Positions 32,509-44,118 of a stretch of 64,000 bases of DNA are shown here, piece after piece; the stretch's first letter is position 1; each line of letters begins with the position of its first letter. The DNA comes from an uncultured Acidobacteriota bacterium (GTDB lineage Bacteria > Acidobacteriota > UBA6911). A program made the position numbers and the translations under genes. The stretch spans positions 256,001-320,000 of the forward strand of contig CAWHCF010000049.1 in the NCBI GenBank assembly GCA_963827655.1, given 5' to 3'. The notes under the pieces were generated by a model, which did not search any database, was not told the DNA's origin, and worked only from the letters and a program-made list of their open reading frames with translations.

Positions 32509-33483
32509 TTGACCCCGCAGGAAATCTTCAAGCTGGTGGAAAGCGGGCTGGCAAAAGTAGAGCAGGAACTCTCTCGCCAGACCAACTCCAATGTGCAGCT
32601 GGTAAACCGAATCGGCCGTTACATTCATAACAGTGGCGGAAAACGGGTTCGTCCGGCGGTCCTGCTTCTAACATCACAAATGTGCGGGTACGAGGGGCCG
32701 GTCGGGCATCGCCTGGGCGCTGTCGTGGAGTTGATTCACTCCGCCACTCTGGTTCATGACGACATTATCGATGATGCGAAGGTACGCCGGGGTCGAGCGT
32801 CCGTGAATGCCGAATGGGGAAACGAGATCACCGTCTTGATGGGCGATTGGCTGTACATGACCTCTTTTAACCTGGCGCTGGGTGAGAGACAGTTCAAGAT
32901 CCTCGACATCTTGACCGACGTCACTCGCAAGATGATCGAGGGAGAGTTGATTCAGCTCAGTCTCAACGGAAGTCTCGAGGTGACCGAGGAGCAGCACTTG
33001 GACATCTCGATGCGGAAGACCGCTTTTCTCTTCTCGGCCTGCTCTCAAATCGGGGGGATCCTGGGTTCGGTCAGTGAGGAGGACCAGGAGTCGTTGCGCC
33101 AGTACGGTCTGTGTATCGGAATGGCTTTTCAGATGGTGGACGACGTGCTGGACGTCACCTCCAACGAAACCACCCTCGGCAAGCCTGTGGTCAGCGATCT
33201 CAAAGAGGGGAAATTGACCCTTCCTCTGATATACCTCATGCAGGACGGAACCCCCAGCCACCGCGAACTGGTGAAAACTGTCCTTCGAGAGAACGGATTC
33301 GGAACCGTCAATAAGGAAGCAATCCTGGATCTGGTTCGCAAATACGGAACCGTCGAACGGGTCCTTGATAAGGCCCATGCCTACGCGCGTCAGGCGAAGG
33401 AGAGTCTCGCGCGATTTCCGACCTGTCAGGAACGGGAAGCCCTGCTCGCGGTTCCCGACTACATAGTCGAACGGGACCGCTAA
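32509..33483 (+). CDS. Polyprenyl diphosphate synthase
   Basis: GGKRVRP, HDDIIDD...RRG (FARM), FQMVDDVLD (SARM). Confidence 0.93.
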   Translation: MTPQEIFKLVESGLAKVEQELSRQTNSNVQLVNRIGRYIHNSGGKRVRPAVLLLTSQMCGYEGPVGHRLGAVVELIHSATLVHDDIIDDAKVRRGRASVNAEWGNEITVLMGDWLYMTSFNLALGERQFKILDILTDVTRKMIEGELIQLSLNGSLEVTEEQHLDISMRKTAFLFSACSQIGGILGSVSEEDQESLRQYGLCIGMAFQMVDDVLDVTSNETTLGKPVVSDLKEGKLTLPLIYLMQDGTPSHRELVKTVLRENGFGTVNKEAILDLVRKYGTVERVLDKAHAYARQAKESLARFPTCQEREALLAVPDYIVERDR

Positions 33484-33485
33484 CC

Positions 33486-33567
33486 AGGATCTAGGATTCA
33501 GGCTCGATTCCGCATGCAGGGTCAGGATCTAGGATTCAGGCAGCTGCCACTGAATCCTGAATCCTGA
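33486..33567. repeat. Inverted heptamer cassette of CAGGATT type
   Basis: CAGGATCTAGGATTCAGG twice, then CTGAATCCTGAATCCTGA, between convergent genes. Confidence 0.75.
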
Positions 33568-33575
33568 TTGGGGCT

Positions 33576-35852
33576 TCAATCCTGAGGGCGTTTGGGAGCG
33601 CCATCGCCTGGAAGGTCTTCAACGAAGAGCTTTTTTCGCCTGACCGGAGTGGTCTCGTGGCTTTCTGTGAGGGAGATCTGATCAGTGATTTCGGTGACCG
33701 GGAATTTCTCGACCGGCTTGTCCTTCAGGATCGCTTCCATGTAGTTAATCCAGATTGGAAGCGCCACCGTACTTCCAGCCTCTTTATTTCCGAGGGACTT
33801 CTTAGTATCAAAGCCTACCCAAATCGCCGTCGTAAACGTGGGGGTGAATCCGACAAACCAGGCGTCCGTGAAATCGTTGGTTGTTCCGGTTTTTCCACCC
33901 ACCGGTCTCTGGAGCGACCTGGCTGCCGTTGCGGTTCCGCCCCGCACGACGTCCTGAAGGAGTCCTAGCATCTGCTGCGCAATTTCAGGGTCAAGTACTT
34001 TCTGCAGGCGGGGGACGGTTTCTTCCTTCTTGACGTGATCGTAATCTTCGATCTTGCGGATGAAGTAAGGTTCTGGTTGCTTCCCCAGGTTCGGGAAAGT
34101 GGTGAACGCCGCTGCCATCTCAAGCGGAGTAGCCTCGCAAGCGCCGATCGACAGGGGAAGGTAGGCTTCCATGGGCCCGCTGAGTCCGAATCGTCGAGCC
34201 ATGATCAGAACATTCTTTATTCCAATCTGCGACCCGACCTTTATGGCCGGTACATTCCTCGATTCCATCATAGCTTGACGAAGCGTGATCTCGCCTTTGA
34301 ATCTCCCGTCATAGTTGGCCGGGCTCCAGACGCGGCCGAGCGCATCCGTGAAACTGATGGGGTCGTCGAGAATCATGCTGTCGGGTTGCATTCCCTTTTC
34401 GAGCGCTGCTGAGTAGAGAAAAGGCTTGAAAGTGGATCCCACCTGCCGCATTGCCTGGGTAACGCGATTGAATTCACTGGACTCGAAATCGTACCCGCCG
34501 ACCATGGTTTTTATTTCACCGGTCGCGTTGTGGATCGTAACCAGAGCGCCTTGCGCCTCCGGTGACTGCTCCAGTAGAACAGTGGCGGTATTCTGGGTCT
34601 CATCAAGAGTCGCGATTTTAAAATAGGCCAGATCTCCGGGTTTAAGAATAGCCGCAGCAGATTTCGCTTTGGTCCAGGCGATTTCCTTTGGACCGACAGC
34701 CGCGCGATACTTTCCGATCCGGACGGTAACGCTTGGACCGCCGGCATTCTCGACCAACCCCACCACGATGTCTCCCGGACGAATCAGATTTCGCCAATCG
34801 GCGTGAGTGTAAGTTTGGAGAGAGGCGGAGGGTAGCTTCAGGATGTTGCTGATTGGACCGCGCCAGCCGTGCTTCTTGTCGTACTCGCGCAGCCCTTCGC
34901 GGATTGCTTTGTTTGCAGCTTCCTGCATTTCGATATTGAGAGTGGTATACACCCGAAGTCCCTTGCGCCAGATCACCTCTGTGGAGTACCGGTCCGCCAG
35001 CGACTGGCGGACCCATTCCACAAAATGAGGGGCTACACCGGCGTCTCGGGTTCGCGGCTTGAGGGTGAGCGGCCGGGTCTTGGCCTCGGCGGCGACCTTC
35101 GGCGAGATCATCCGCTCAGTCACCATGCGGTCCAGAATATAGTTCCGTCGCGCTTTCGCCGCCTGAGGATGCAGCCGCGGCGAATAGAGACCCGGATTGC
35201 GTGGGAGTCCGGCCAGCAACGCGCATTCATCCAGGGTTAGATCCTTTAACGGCTTCCCGAAGTAAGCGTCAGCCGCTGCCGCAACTCCGTAGGCGCCATG
35301 ACCCATGTAGTGCTGGTTGCAGTAGAGAGTGAGGATCTGACGTTTCGAGTACCGGCTCTCAATTTCCCAGGCCAGTAGAACTTCCTTGATTTTCCGGTCC
35401 CAGAGCTTTTCGGGTGTCAGAAGGAGCAGTCGTGCCAGTTGCTGGGTAATCGTGCTGGCGCCCTCGGCCCTGCGCATACTGATCAGATCCTTGTAAGCTG
35501 CGCGCACGATGGCGAAATAATTGATGCCGGAATGATGGAAGAACTGAGCGTCCTCGGCCGCCAGTATGGCATTTTGCAGGTTGGCGGGAATTTCTTCATG
35601 AGTGACGACGATGCGCCGCTCAACCGCAAACTCCCCGATTACCTTACTGTCATCGGAATAGATATCCGTGATGACATCAGGGCGATAATCTTCCAGAGCC
35701 TGGATTTCTGGTAAGTTGAACTTGTAACCGAGCAGGATCCCGAGGAAAGTGCCGCCCGCGACAAAGAATAGAACGAGAATGGCATAGATAGCGATCAGCC
35801 ATCGAGGCAACTTGAGCGAATTTAACGGGGAAGGCGTCGGCGCAGGGTCCAT
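33576..35852 (-). CDS. Class A penicillin-binding protein (PBP1A family)
   Basis: AAEDAQF, GASTITQQL, RKIKE; STFK, SRN and KTGT transpeptidase motifs. Confidence 0.94.
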   Translation of the reverse strand: MDPAPTPSPLNSLKLPRWLIAIYAILVLFFVAGGTFLGILLGYKFNLPEIQALEDYRPDVITDIYSDDSKVIGEFAVERRIVVTHEEIPANLQNAILAAEDAQFFHHSGINYFAIVRAAYKDLISMRRAEGASTITQQLARLLLLTPEKLWDRKIKEVLLAWEIESRYSKRQILTLYCNQHYMGHGAYGVAAAADAYFGKPLKDLTLDECALLAGLPRNPGLYSPRLHPQAAKARRNYILDRMVTERMISPKVAAEAKTRPLTLKPRTRDAGVAPHFVEWVRQSLADRYSTEVIWRKGLRVYTTLNIEMQEAANKAIREGLREYDKKHGWRGPISNILKLPSASLQTYTHADWRNLIRPGDIVVGLVENAGGPSVTVRIGKYRAAVGPKEIAWTKAKSAAAILKPGDLAYFKIATLDETQNTATVLLEQSPEAQGALVTIHNATGEIKTMVGGYDFESSEFNRVTQAMRQVGSTFKPFLYSAALEKGMQPDSMILDDPISFTDALGRVWSPANYDGRFKGEITLRQAMMESRNVPAIKVGSQIGIKNVLIMARRFGLSGPMEAYLPLSIGACEATPLEMAAAFTTFPNLGKQPEPYFIRKIEDYDHVKKEETVPRLQKVLDPEIAQQMLGLLQDVVRGGTATAARSLQRPVGGKTGTTNDFTDAWFVGFTPTFTTAIWVGFDTKKSLGNKEAGSTVALPIWINYMEAILKDKPVEKFPVTEITDQISLTESHETTPVRRKKLFVEDLPGDGAPKRPQD

Positions 35853-35954
35853 AACAGGATGGCATTATATCATTTTTGCAATTCTGTCATTGCCCTGGTT
35901 GATGCTGCCGGACAGTCAATCACCGAGGACGCCCAGCGCGAAAAAAAGAGCGCG

Positions 35955-36335
35955 CTAGAAAGGGTCCTCGCCGTCGCCGGTTGCTTCATCGCGATTTGGA
36001 TGTCCGCCGGTTTTCGTGTCGAGAAACGTGACTCGAGACGCAATCACCTCGGTGGTGTAGTGCTTTTCCCCCGGGGGCTTCTCCCACGAACGGCTCTGTA
36101 GCGATCCCTCCACGCACACCAGCCTCCCTTTTTTCAAGAACTGGTTACATTGCTCTGCCGTCTTCCCATAAGCTACTATTTGATGCCACTCGGTAGTCTT
36201 TTGAGTAGTCCCGGTTGCGTCGTTCCGGAACTGATTGGTGGCCAGACTGAAGTTCGATACTCTCGTGCCTCCGCCCGTCATGCGGTCATTGGGATCCTTA
36301 CCGAGACGCCCAATCAAGATCACCTTGTTCATCAC
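35955..36335 (-). CDS. ssb: Single-stranded DNA-binding protein
   Basis: NKVILIGRLGKDP, TEWHQIV, acidic tail EDPF. Confidence 0.95.
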   Translation of the reverse strand: MMNKVILIGRLGKDPNDRMTGGGTRVSNFSLATNQFRNDATGTTQKTTEWHQIVAYGKTAEQCNQFLKKGRLVCVEGSLQSRSWEKPPGEKHYTTEVIASRVTFLDTKTGGHPNRDEATGDGEDPF

Positions 36336-36450
36336 TGATTCCTTCCTTGATAATTGTCAGCGTTTTCGATGCGTCTGTGCGTCCGGGGCCGGCTTCTGCC
36401 CGCGCTCACCAGAGAGGTGGCAAGCAAAGACCGTGCTTTCCGCACCTCTT

Positions 36451-36497
36451 GCTGCTTCTAACTAACCGTCCTATTTGGAATTGAGCGAAGAAATCTG
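36451..36497. repeat. 47/48-bp direct repeat, copy 1 (upstream of ssb)
   Basis: GCTGCTTCTAACTAACCG-TCCTATTTGGAATTGAGCGAAGAAATCTG matches 39125-39172 with one indel and one mismatch. Confidence 0.9.
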
Positions 36498-36879
36498 GGA
36501 CCTGCTCGAGGTTTGCGGCCCGAAGAGAGGAGTCCGGAGAAGCCTGAGGATGAGAGCGAACCGTTGAAGGCGAGGGGATGTCACCGGCCAGGCGCCGGAG
36601 GGAGGCGGATTGGCCGATAGAAGCCATCAGCCGGAGAATCGCCCGCTATCGGTCCAGTGGGCTGCCGGCGGCTTCTCAGTGGTGGCCTTCGCTTCATGGC
36701 CCGTCTCCTCGAACCCGGCGGGTTCACTCAGCCAGGGAAGCGCCGATGGTCAGCCTTGCATACTTATGCTACTTTTTTCCCGGCGCAGCCGGGCGGCAGC
36801 ACACCGAGTTTAGCGACCAGCACCCAATGAACGCCTTGCCGGCAAAACAGGCGTGCCGCCGTCGGAGCTTCTGACCCGT

Positions 36880-37626
36880 CTATTCAACCGCCCGCTGTCC
36901 ATTTTGTGAGGCTTCCCGGAACCAGCCATCATACAGATCGGCGAGGTCGTGAATGGCTCGAACCGCATCGCCATTAAAAGATGATCCGTGCATCAGGGCA
37001 AGTGCCTTCGGAGAAAGATCGGCGAGCTTTCGGATGGTCGCTCCGGTGGTTGGCGTGAGGCAGCTCCCGCGAAAGAGTTCCTCGGTTTTCTGGGCCGGTT
37101 CAACGATGTCCTGGGTGGTGACCGCGGCTCCATCCCCGGTATGAGTGAAGAGATCCCCGCAAAGCAGCGTACGGGTGGTCTCCTCAAATAAGACGCGCGC
37201 TTCCCAGGCGTGAGGCACATGTGGAGTATCGATGTGACGGACTCGCTTCCCGCCGAGATCGATGATTTCGCCGTCCTGGAGCGCCCGAGGCGGCCGGTTC
37301 GCCAGGTCGTTGAGGGAAACCATGACACCGATCGCGCCATGCGCAACCTCGGCTCTTGGGGCGGCATCGAGCCATTGGTTCATCGAGCCGCATTCGTCGG
37401 CTTCCACGTGGCCGAAGGTGATCCACCGCAGTCTTTCAATCGGAACGACTCTCGAAACGGCCTCCGAAACGAGGGGGAACATCGCTCGAAGACCGGTGTG
37501 GAAAAGCAGCGGTTCTTCGGCCTTGATCAGGAACTGATTGAACGTGAATCCATCCGGCGTGATGCCAGAAACGCAGGTGGAAATGCGGAAAATACCGTCA
37601 GCGATTTCGTCGGTTCTTGTTTTCAT
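36880..37626 (-). CDS. Metallo-beta-lactamase-fold protein (FprA N-terminal/ODP-like)
   Basis: FNQFLI, GHVEADECG, TPHVPHAW, LCGDLF, MHGS; RBS GGAG before ATG 37626. Confidence 0.85.
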   Translation of the reverse strand: MKTRTDEIADGIFRISTCVSGITPDGFTFNQFLIKAEEPLLFHTGLRAMFPLVSEAVSRVVPIERLRWITFGHVEADECGSMNQWLDAAPRAEVAHGAIGVMVSLNDLANRPPRALQDGEIIDLGGKRVRHIDTPHVPHAWEARVLFEETTRTLLCGDLFTHTGDGAAVTTQDIVEPAQKTEELFRGSCLTPTTGATIRKLADLSPKALALMHGSSFNGDAVRAIHDLADLYDGWFREASQNGQRAVE

Positions 37627-37689
37627 GAGTTCTCCTTGGTTGTTGGTGGACCGCCGAACATGGATGTCGTGCCTTTTAACAAGCAAGGG

Positions 37690-37718
37690 TGTGTAACGAG
37701 CAGCCCGCACGTTACACA
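37690..37718. promoter_or_regulatory. Perfect 9-bp inverted repeat between divergent genes
   Basis: TGTGTAACG-N11-CGTTACACA. Confidence 0.6.
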
Positions 37719-37732
37719 TAAAATGTGTGTTC

Positions 37733-38275
37733 ATGGAAACTGAGCTGAACGATGCCGACTTGGTCCGCCAGATCGGCTCCGGCGATCCCAACGCCGAGGG
37801 CGAACTGGTCCGCCGGATGGCTCCACGCATTCGCCTCTATGGTTTGCGTCACTTGAGAGACCGAGCTGCATCGGAGGATCTGATGCAACAGGTTCTTATT
37901 ACGACACTCGAGGCTCTGCGGGCCGGCCGTCTGCGAGAACCGGAGAAGCTCGCATCCTTCGTGCTGGGAACGTGCCGGATGACGGTGCTCGATCTGCGCC
38001 GAGGGGTTCAAAGAAGGGAACGCCTTCTTGAACGGTTTGGAGCGGATTTGGTGAGACCAGACGAGTTGTCCGTTCCGAGCCTCGACCATGACCGGCTCCG
38101 GCTATGTGTGCAGAGTTTGAAAGAGCGGGAACGCACGGTAGTCGTGATGACTTTCTACCACGAGCAGACGGGATCTGACGTCGCGAGCCTCCTGGGGATT
38201 TCTGAAGCCAATGTGCGCGTGATTCGCCACCGTGCGATCCACCAGTTACGCCAGTGTATGGGAGGTGCGGCATGA
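37733..38275 (+). CDS. ECF sigma factor
   Basis: EDLMQQVL, LREPEKLASFVLG, LGISEANVRVIRHRA. Confidence 0.9.
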   Translation: METELNDADLVRQIGSGDPNAEGELVRRMAPRIRLYGLRHLRDRAASEDLMQQVLITTLEALRAGRLREPEKLASFVLGTCRMTVLDLRRGVQRRERLLERFGADLVRPDELSVPSLDHDRLRLCVQSLKERERTVVVMTFYHEQTGSDVASLLGISEANVRVIRHRAIHQLRQCMGGAA

Positions 38276-38880
38276 GCATTGGAAAAGGGGTCGACCGAAG
38301 GAACTGTTCCAATCCTATTGATGCGGCAGTCCTGGCCGATTACTGGCTCGCTGCCCTGACAGGTTACGACGAAGTGACCGTCGAAGAGCATCTGTTCAAC
38401 TGCGACGGGTGCGGTGGGCGGTTGAGGGAGGTTATCGCGCTTGCCGAAGGTATCCGCGACCTGGCGCGCGAGGGCTCGCTGCGAATGGTGGTGAGCGACG
38501 CCTTCTTGAAGCGTGCTTCAGCGGAAGGTTTGCGTGTCCGTCAGTACGCTCCTCCCTCTGGAGGTAGCGTCGAATGCACCGTGACCGCTGAAGACGACAT
38601 TCTTATTGGACGGCTTGCCGCCGATCTGAGTGGGGCCGCACGGGTCGATCTCTGCATGTGTGACGAGTCCGGCGCCGAACAGTTCCGGCTGGCGGACATT
38701 CCCGTGCATGCCGGGGCAAGCAGCGTTGCCTATCAGGAGTCGATCACATTCGCGAAGGCCGCGCCTTCAAACAGAATGATCGCGCGCCTGGTCGCTTTCG
38801 ATGAAGCGGGCGGCGAGCGTCTGCTCGGCGAGTATACGTTCAACCACAAGCGGTCATTGCCCGGTCCCGGTGAGAGATAA
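38272..38880 (+). CDS. Soluble zinc-binding (ZAS) anti-sigma factor
   Basis: VEEHLFNCDGC (HxxxCxxC), no TM helix, ATGA overlap with the sigma gene. Confidence 0.8.
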   Translation: MSIGKGVDRRNCSNPIDAAVLADYWLAALTGYDEVTVEEHLFNCDGCGGRLREVIALAEGIRDLAREGSLRMVVSDAFLKRASAEGLRVRQYAPPSGGSVECTVTAEDDILIGRLAADLSGAARVDLCMCDESGAEQFRLADIPVHAGASSVAYQESITFAKAAPSNRMIARLVAFDEAGGERLLGEYTFNHKRSLPGPGER

Positions 38881-39124
38881 GGGTTTCCGTCCAACATGAG
38901 GATCCCACCCTCGCAGGTCGACGGCGCGCGCGTGGCGGACCAGCGTCAGATTCGAGACGCCGGCACAGCGATCAAAAGAAACCGAGCCACTCTCGATCGA
39001 GACGCAATCTGAAGCGCCGGCCGGCGTGGTGGTTGAGTGGCTTCCTTTACGTCCGGTGCCTGGCTTCCCTTCGGGTGGCGACGTCAGGGGTCCGGAGCCG
39101 GAAGCGGGCGTCTCACCACCCCTC

Positions 39125-39172
39125 GCTGCTTCTAACTAACCGATCCTATTTGGAATTGAGCGAAAAAATCTG
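39125..39172. repeat. 47/48-bp direct repeat, copy 2 (upstream of the rpsL promoter)
   Basis: Matches 36451-36497. Confidence 0.9.
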
Positions 39173-39195
39173 TCACCGCCCGAGGGTCTATTCCC

Positions 39196-39224
39196 TTGAC
39201 ACCCTTTGGCCGCTTTGCTATAGT
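39196..39224 (+). promoter_or_regulatory. Sigma70-type promoter of the str operon
   Basis: TTGACA-N17-TATAGT with extended -10 TG. Confidence 0.8.
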
Positions 39225-39315
39225 CGTCCGGTTTTTCGCTGGAGTGCCAGGAAGGCTGATGGGCCGTAAGGTCATGGCCTTCTTTCTGGGTTGGTAGGCA
39301 AGGAGAAGGAAAGGT

Positions 39316-39690
39316 TTGCCGACTTTCAATCAGCTAGTTCGATCTGGTCGAAGGAAGATTCGCTACAAGACGAAGAGTCCGGCTTTACAGGGAAGTCCGC
39401 AGCGCAGGGGGGTATGCACGCGGGTGTACACACAAACACCCAAGAAACCAAACTCCGCTTTACGTAAAGTTGCCCGTGTCCGGCTAACGAATGGAATTGA
39501 GGTCACGACTTATATTCCCGGTATCGGGCACAACCTGCAGGAACATTCCATCGTGCTGATCCGCGGTGGACGTGTCAAGGATCTCCCTGGGGTTCGTTAC
39601 CACGTGGTGCGGGGCACCCTGGACTCGGTTGGAGTTCAGGAGCGCAAGAATTCCCGCTCCAAGTACGGTGCCAAGCGACCCAAAAGCTAA
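39316..39690 (+). CDS. rpsL: 30S ribosomal protein S12
   Basis: [28 protein letters not shown]; TTG start. Confidence 0.98.
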   Translation: MPTFNQLVRSGRRKIRYKTKSPALQGSPQRRGVCTRVYTQTPKKPNSALRKVARVRLTNGIEVTTYIPGIGHNLQEHSIVLIRGGRVKDLPGVRYHVVRGTLDSVGVQERKNSRSKYGAKRPKS

Positions 39691-39821
39691 TCACTCCTTC
39701 AATACAGCTATCGCGAGTGAGGGGTTCGGTACCCTGCGAGACTCTTCAGACGGTAACCGCCACTGCCGATGAGGCTCGTTGCCGGCAGAGGAGACCCCTT
39801 GATACCCAGTCCGGAATCCGG

Positions 39822-39887
39822 TGACAGGCACCGCTTTCCTGATTGCATCACCCGGGTTGGCTAAAAAGCATAGAACGGTGCCTGTCA
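39822..39887. repeat. REP-like 12-bp inverted repeat TGACAGGCACCG/CGGTGCCTGTCA
   Basis: Perfect IR; a related GGTGCCTGTCACC lies at 46126-46138. Confidence 0.7.
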
Positions 39888-39995
39888 ATCGAGCCGCTTT
39901 CGGCTTCCAGCGGAACCACGAGAATTCGGAAGCGGACAGCAGAAAGCTGGCGTGTGACGCTCCCAGTCGCTTCAAAAGAGACTGACGAGCAAGCC

Positions 39996-40081
39996 CTTAG
40001 GCGCTTAGTGAAACGTTCAAACCAGCATGTTCTCGTTCACTAGGGGCCTTCGTTCGGGGCGAAGTCCCCGAACGAACCTTA
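39996..40081 (-). mobile_element. ~85-bp palindromic MITE/REP-like element, copy 2
   Basis: Reverse complement of 21353-21437 with a few differences. Confidence 0.75.
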
Positions 40082-40107
40082 CCTAATCGCTGGAGATTTC
40101 TGTAACC

Positions 40108-40579
<472 letters not shown>

Positions 40580-40644
40580 CCGGAAGCGTTTCTTGTCTTG
40601 AACCGCAAGGACGCAACCGAAACGCAAGGAATGGAGTGGTTGAA

Positions 40645-42738
40645 GTGGGACGTTTAGTACCTCTGGAAAGAACCCGCAACATAGGGATCATGGCGCACAT
40701 CGACGCGGGGAAGACGACCGCCACCGAGAGAATCCTGTATTACACAGGCATAACCCACAAACTGGGCGAGGTGCATGAGGGGACCGCGGTCATGGATTGG
40801 ATGGAGCAGGAGCAGGAGCGCGGAATCACCATCACGTCTGCTGCGACCACCTGCTTTTGGGGGGATCACCGGATCAACATCATCGATACCCCGGGGCACG
40901 TCGACTTCACCGCCGAGGTGGAGCGTAGCCTGCGCGTTCTGGATGGATCCGTGGCTCTTTTTGGCGCCGTCGAAGGTGTTGAGCCTCAATCCGAAACGGT
41001 ATGGCGCCAGGCCGACAAATACCGCGTCCCGCGGATCGGTTTCGTGAACAAGATGGATCGGCCGGGGGCCGATTTCCAACGGGTCATGGACATGATGCGA
41101 AGCAAGCTTCATGCGACCCCGGTGGCGGTTCAGCTCCCCCTGGGCACGGAAGATCAATTCCGTGGCATCATCGACCTCGTCCGTGGAAAGGCCATCGTCT
41201 TTCGAGATTACTCCCTGGGCGCCGAGTTTGAAGTCGAAGAAATCCCTGAGGGATACCGGGAGACAGCGGCCAGGTATCGAGATCAGATGCTGGAGGTCAT
41301 AGCGGACGTAGACGATCACATGATGGAGAAATACATCGCGGGCGCCGAAATCTCCCCGTCAGAAATCCAAGCGGCGCTGCGCAAAGGAACGGTAGCCCTC
41401 AAGTTTGTGCCAGTTCTTTGCGGAGCGGCCTTCAAGAACAAAGGGATTCAGCAGCTGCTCGACGCGATCGTGGCATACCTTCCTTCGCCGCTCGACATAC
41501 CTCCGGTGACGGGTGTGAAGCAAAACGGAAAGGAACCTCCGGTGCGAAAGGTCTCCGACGATGAGCCTTTCTCCGGGCTGGTCTTCAAGATCATGACCGA
41601 TCCCTTCGTGGGCCAGCTGGCTTTTTTCCGGGTCTACTCCGGGCAGCTAAAGTCGGGTTCGTCGGTCTACAATTCCACCAGGGATTCGATGGAACGTATC
41701 GGCCGGCTGCTCAAGATGCATGCCAACAAACGTGAGGAGATCAAGGAAGTCTATTGCGGCGACATCGCTGCCGCAGTCGGACTCAAGAACGTCAGCACGG
41801 GCGACACTATTTGCGACAAGCAGCGCCCCATTGTCCTCGAAGCGATCGAATTTCCCGCCCCGGTCATTTCCGTAGCCATCGAGCCCAAAACCAAAGCCGA
41901 TCAAGAAAAGCTCGGCCTTGCCCTCGATAAATTGATTCGAGAAGATCCGACTTTCAAGGTGCACACGGATCAGGATACGGGCCAAACCATCATATCGGGC
42001 ATGGGTGAACTCCACCTGGAGATTCTGGTCGACCGCATGGTGCGCGAATTCGGCGTCGCTGCCAACGTTGGGAAACCCCAGGTGGCCTACCGCGAAACCA
42101 TCCGCCAGAGAGCCGAGGCCGAGGGGAAATTCATCCGCCAAACCGGCGGCCGCGGTCAATACGGTCACGTGAAAATCGTTCTCGAGCCGCTTGAGCCCGG
42201 GAAGGGATTTGAGTTTGAGAATGAGATCGTTGGCGGAGCCATTCCCAGGGAGTACATCGCGCCGGTCGAGCATGGCATCGAGGAAGCCCTCGAATCCGGG
42301 ATTCTCGCCGGATACGAGATGGTTGACGTCAAGGTCACGCTGGTGGATGGTTCGTATCACGAAGTAGACTCTTCGGAAATCGCGTTCAAGATTGCCGGAT
42401 CAATGGCTCTTAAAGATGCGGCCAAGCGCGCGCGCCCGGTGCTTCTCGAGCCCATGATGAGGGTGGAAGTAGTGGTGCCTGAAGAGTACACCGGTGACGT
42501 TATCGGTGATTTGAACTCGCGCAGAGGGCGGGTAGAGTCAATGGAAGGACGGCTGGGGTCCAGCATCATCCAATGCAAGGTTCCGCTTTCCGAAATGTTC
42601 GGCTATTCCACGGGTTTGAGATCGATGACTCAAGGGCGGGCCACCTACTCCATGCACTTTTCCCATTATGATGAAGCGCCTAAGACGATCAGTGAAGAAG
42701 TGATAGCGAAAGTGCGCGGCAAACTTGTCAGCAGCTAG
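40645..42738 (+). CDS. fusA: Elongation factor G
   Basis: [38 protein letters not shown]; GTG start inferred. Confidence 0.98.
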   Translation: MGRLVPLERTRNIGIMAHIDAGKTTATERILYYTGITHKLGEVHEGTAVMDWMEQEQERGITITSAATTCFWGDHRINIIDTPGHVDFTAEVERSLRVLDGSVALFGAVEGVEPQSETVWRQADKYRVPRIGFVNKMDRPGADFQRVMDMMRSKLHATPVAVQLPLGTEDQFRGIIDLVRGKAIVFRDYSLGAEFEVEEIPEGYRETAARYRDQMLEVIADVDDHMMEKYIAGAEISPSEIQAALRKGTVALKFVPVLCGAAFKNKGIQQLLDAIVAYLPSPLDIPPVTGVKQNGKEPPVRKVSDDEPFSGLVFKIMTDPFVGQLAFFRVYSGQLKSGSSVYNSTRDSMERIGRLLKMHANKREEIKEVYCGDIAAAVGLKNVSTGDTICDKQRPIVLEAIEFPAPVISVAIEPKTKADQEKLGLALDKLIREDPTFKVHTDQDTGQTIISGMGELHLEILVDRMVREFGVAANVGKPQVAYRETIRQRAEAEGKFIRQTGGRGQYGHVKIVLEPLEPGKGFEFENEIVGGAIPREYIAPVEHGIEEALESGILAGYEMVDVKVTLVDGSYHEVDSSEIAFKIAGSMALKDAAKRARPVLLEPMMRVEVVVPEEYTGDVIGDLNSRRGRVESMEGRLGSSIIQCKVPLSEMFGYSTGLRSMTQGRATYSMHFSHYDEAPKTISEEVIAKVRGKLVSS

Positions 42739-42882
42739 CCCGTTATGCGAAGCGTCAGGAAGTGGGAGTCTCTGAGTGACTGCTGACAAACCGACCAGGT
42801 GGGTGTTTCGAGGTCTTGACACTTCAGGTTTTGGAAGCGACATCAAACGGCAACCCTTGCCGGTTTAGTCTGGGAGGCATCA

Positions 42883-44070
<1,188 letters not shown>

Positions 44071-44118
44071 TTGTCGACGTTGATTCCCGACCGGGAAACG
44101 GAACGGGCCAGGACAACT

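Noticed and set aside
36500-36879. ORFs 36578-36874 and 36610-36813
   Set aside because: No RBS or motif support, and composition typical of spurious GC-rich ORFs
39740-39800. Hammerhead or twister ribozyme, or fluoride riboswitch, in the rpsL-rpsG spacer
   Set aside because: Partial resemblance only (CCGATGAG); the required core elements are missing
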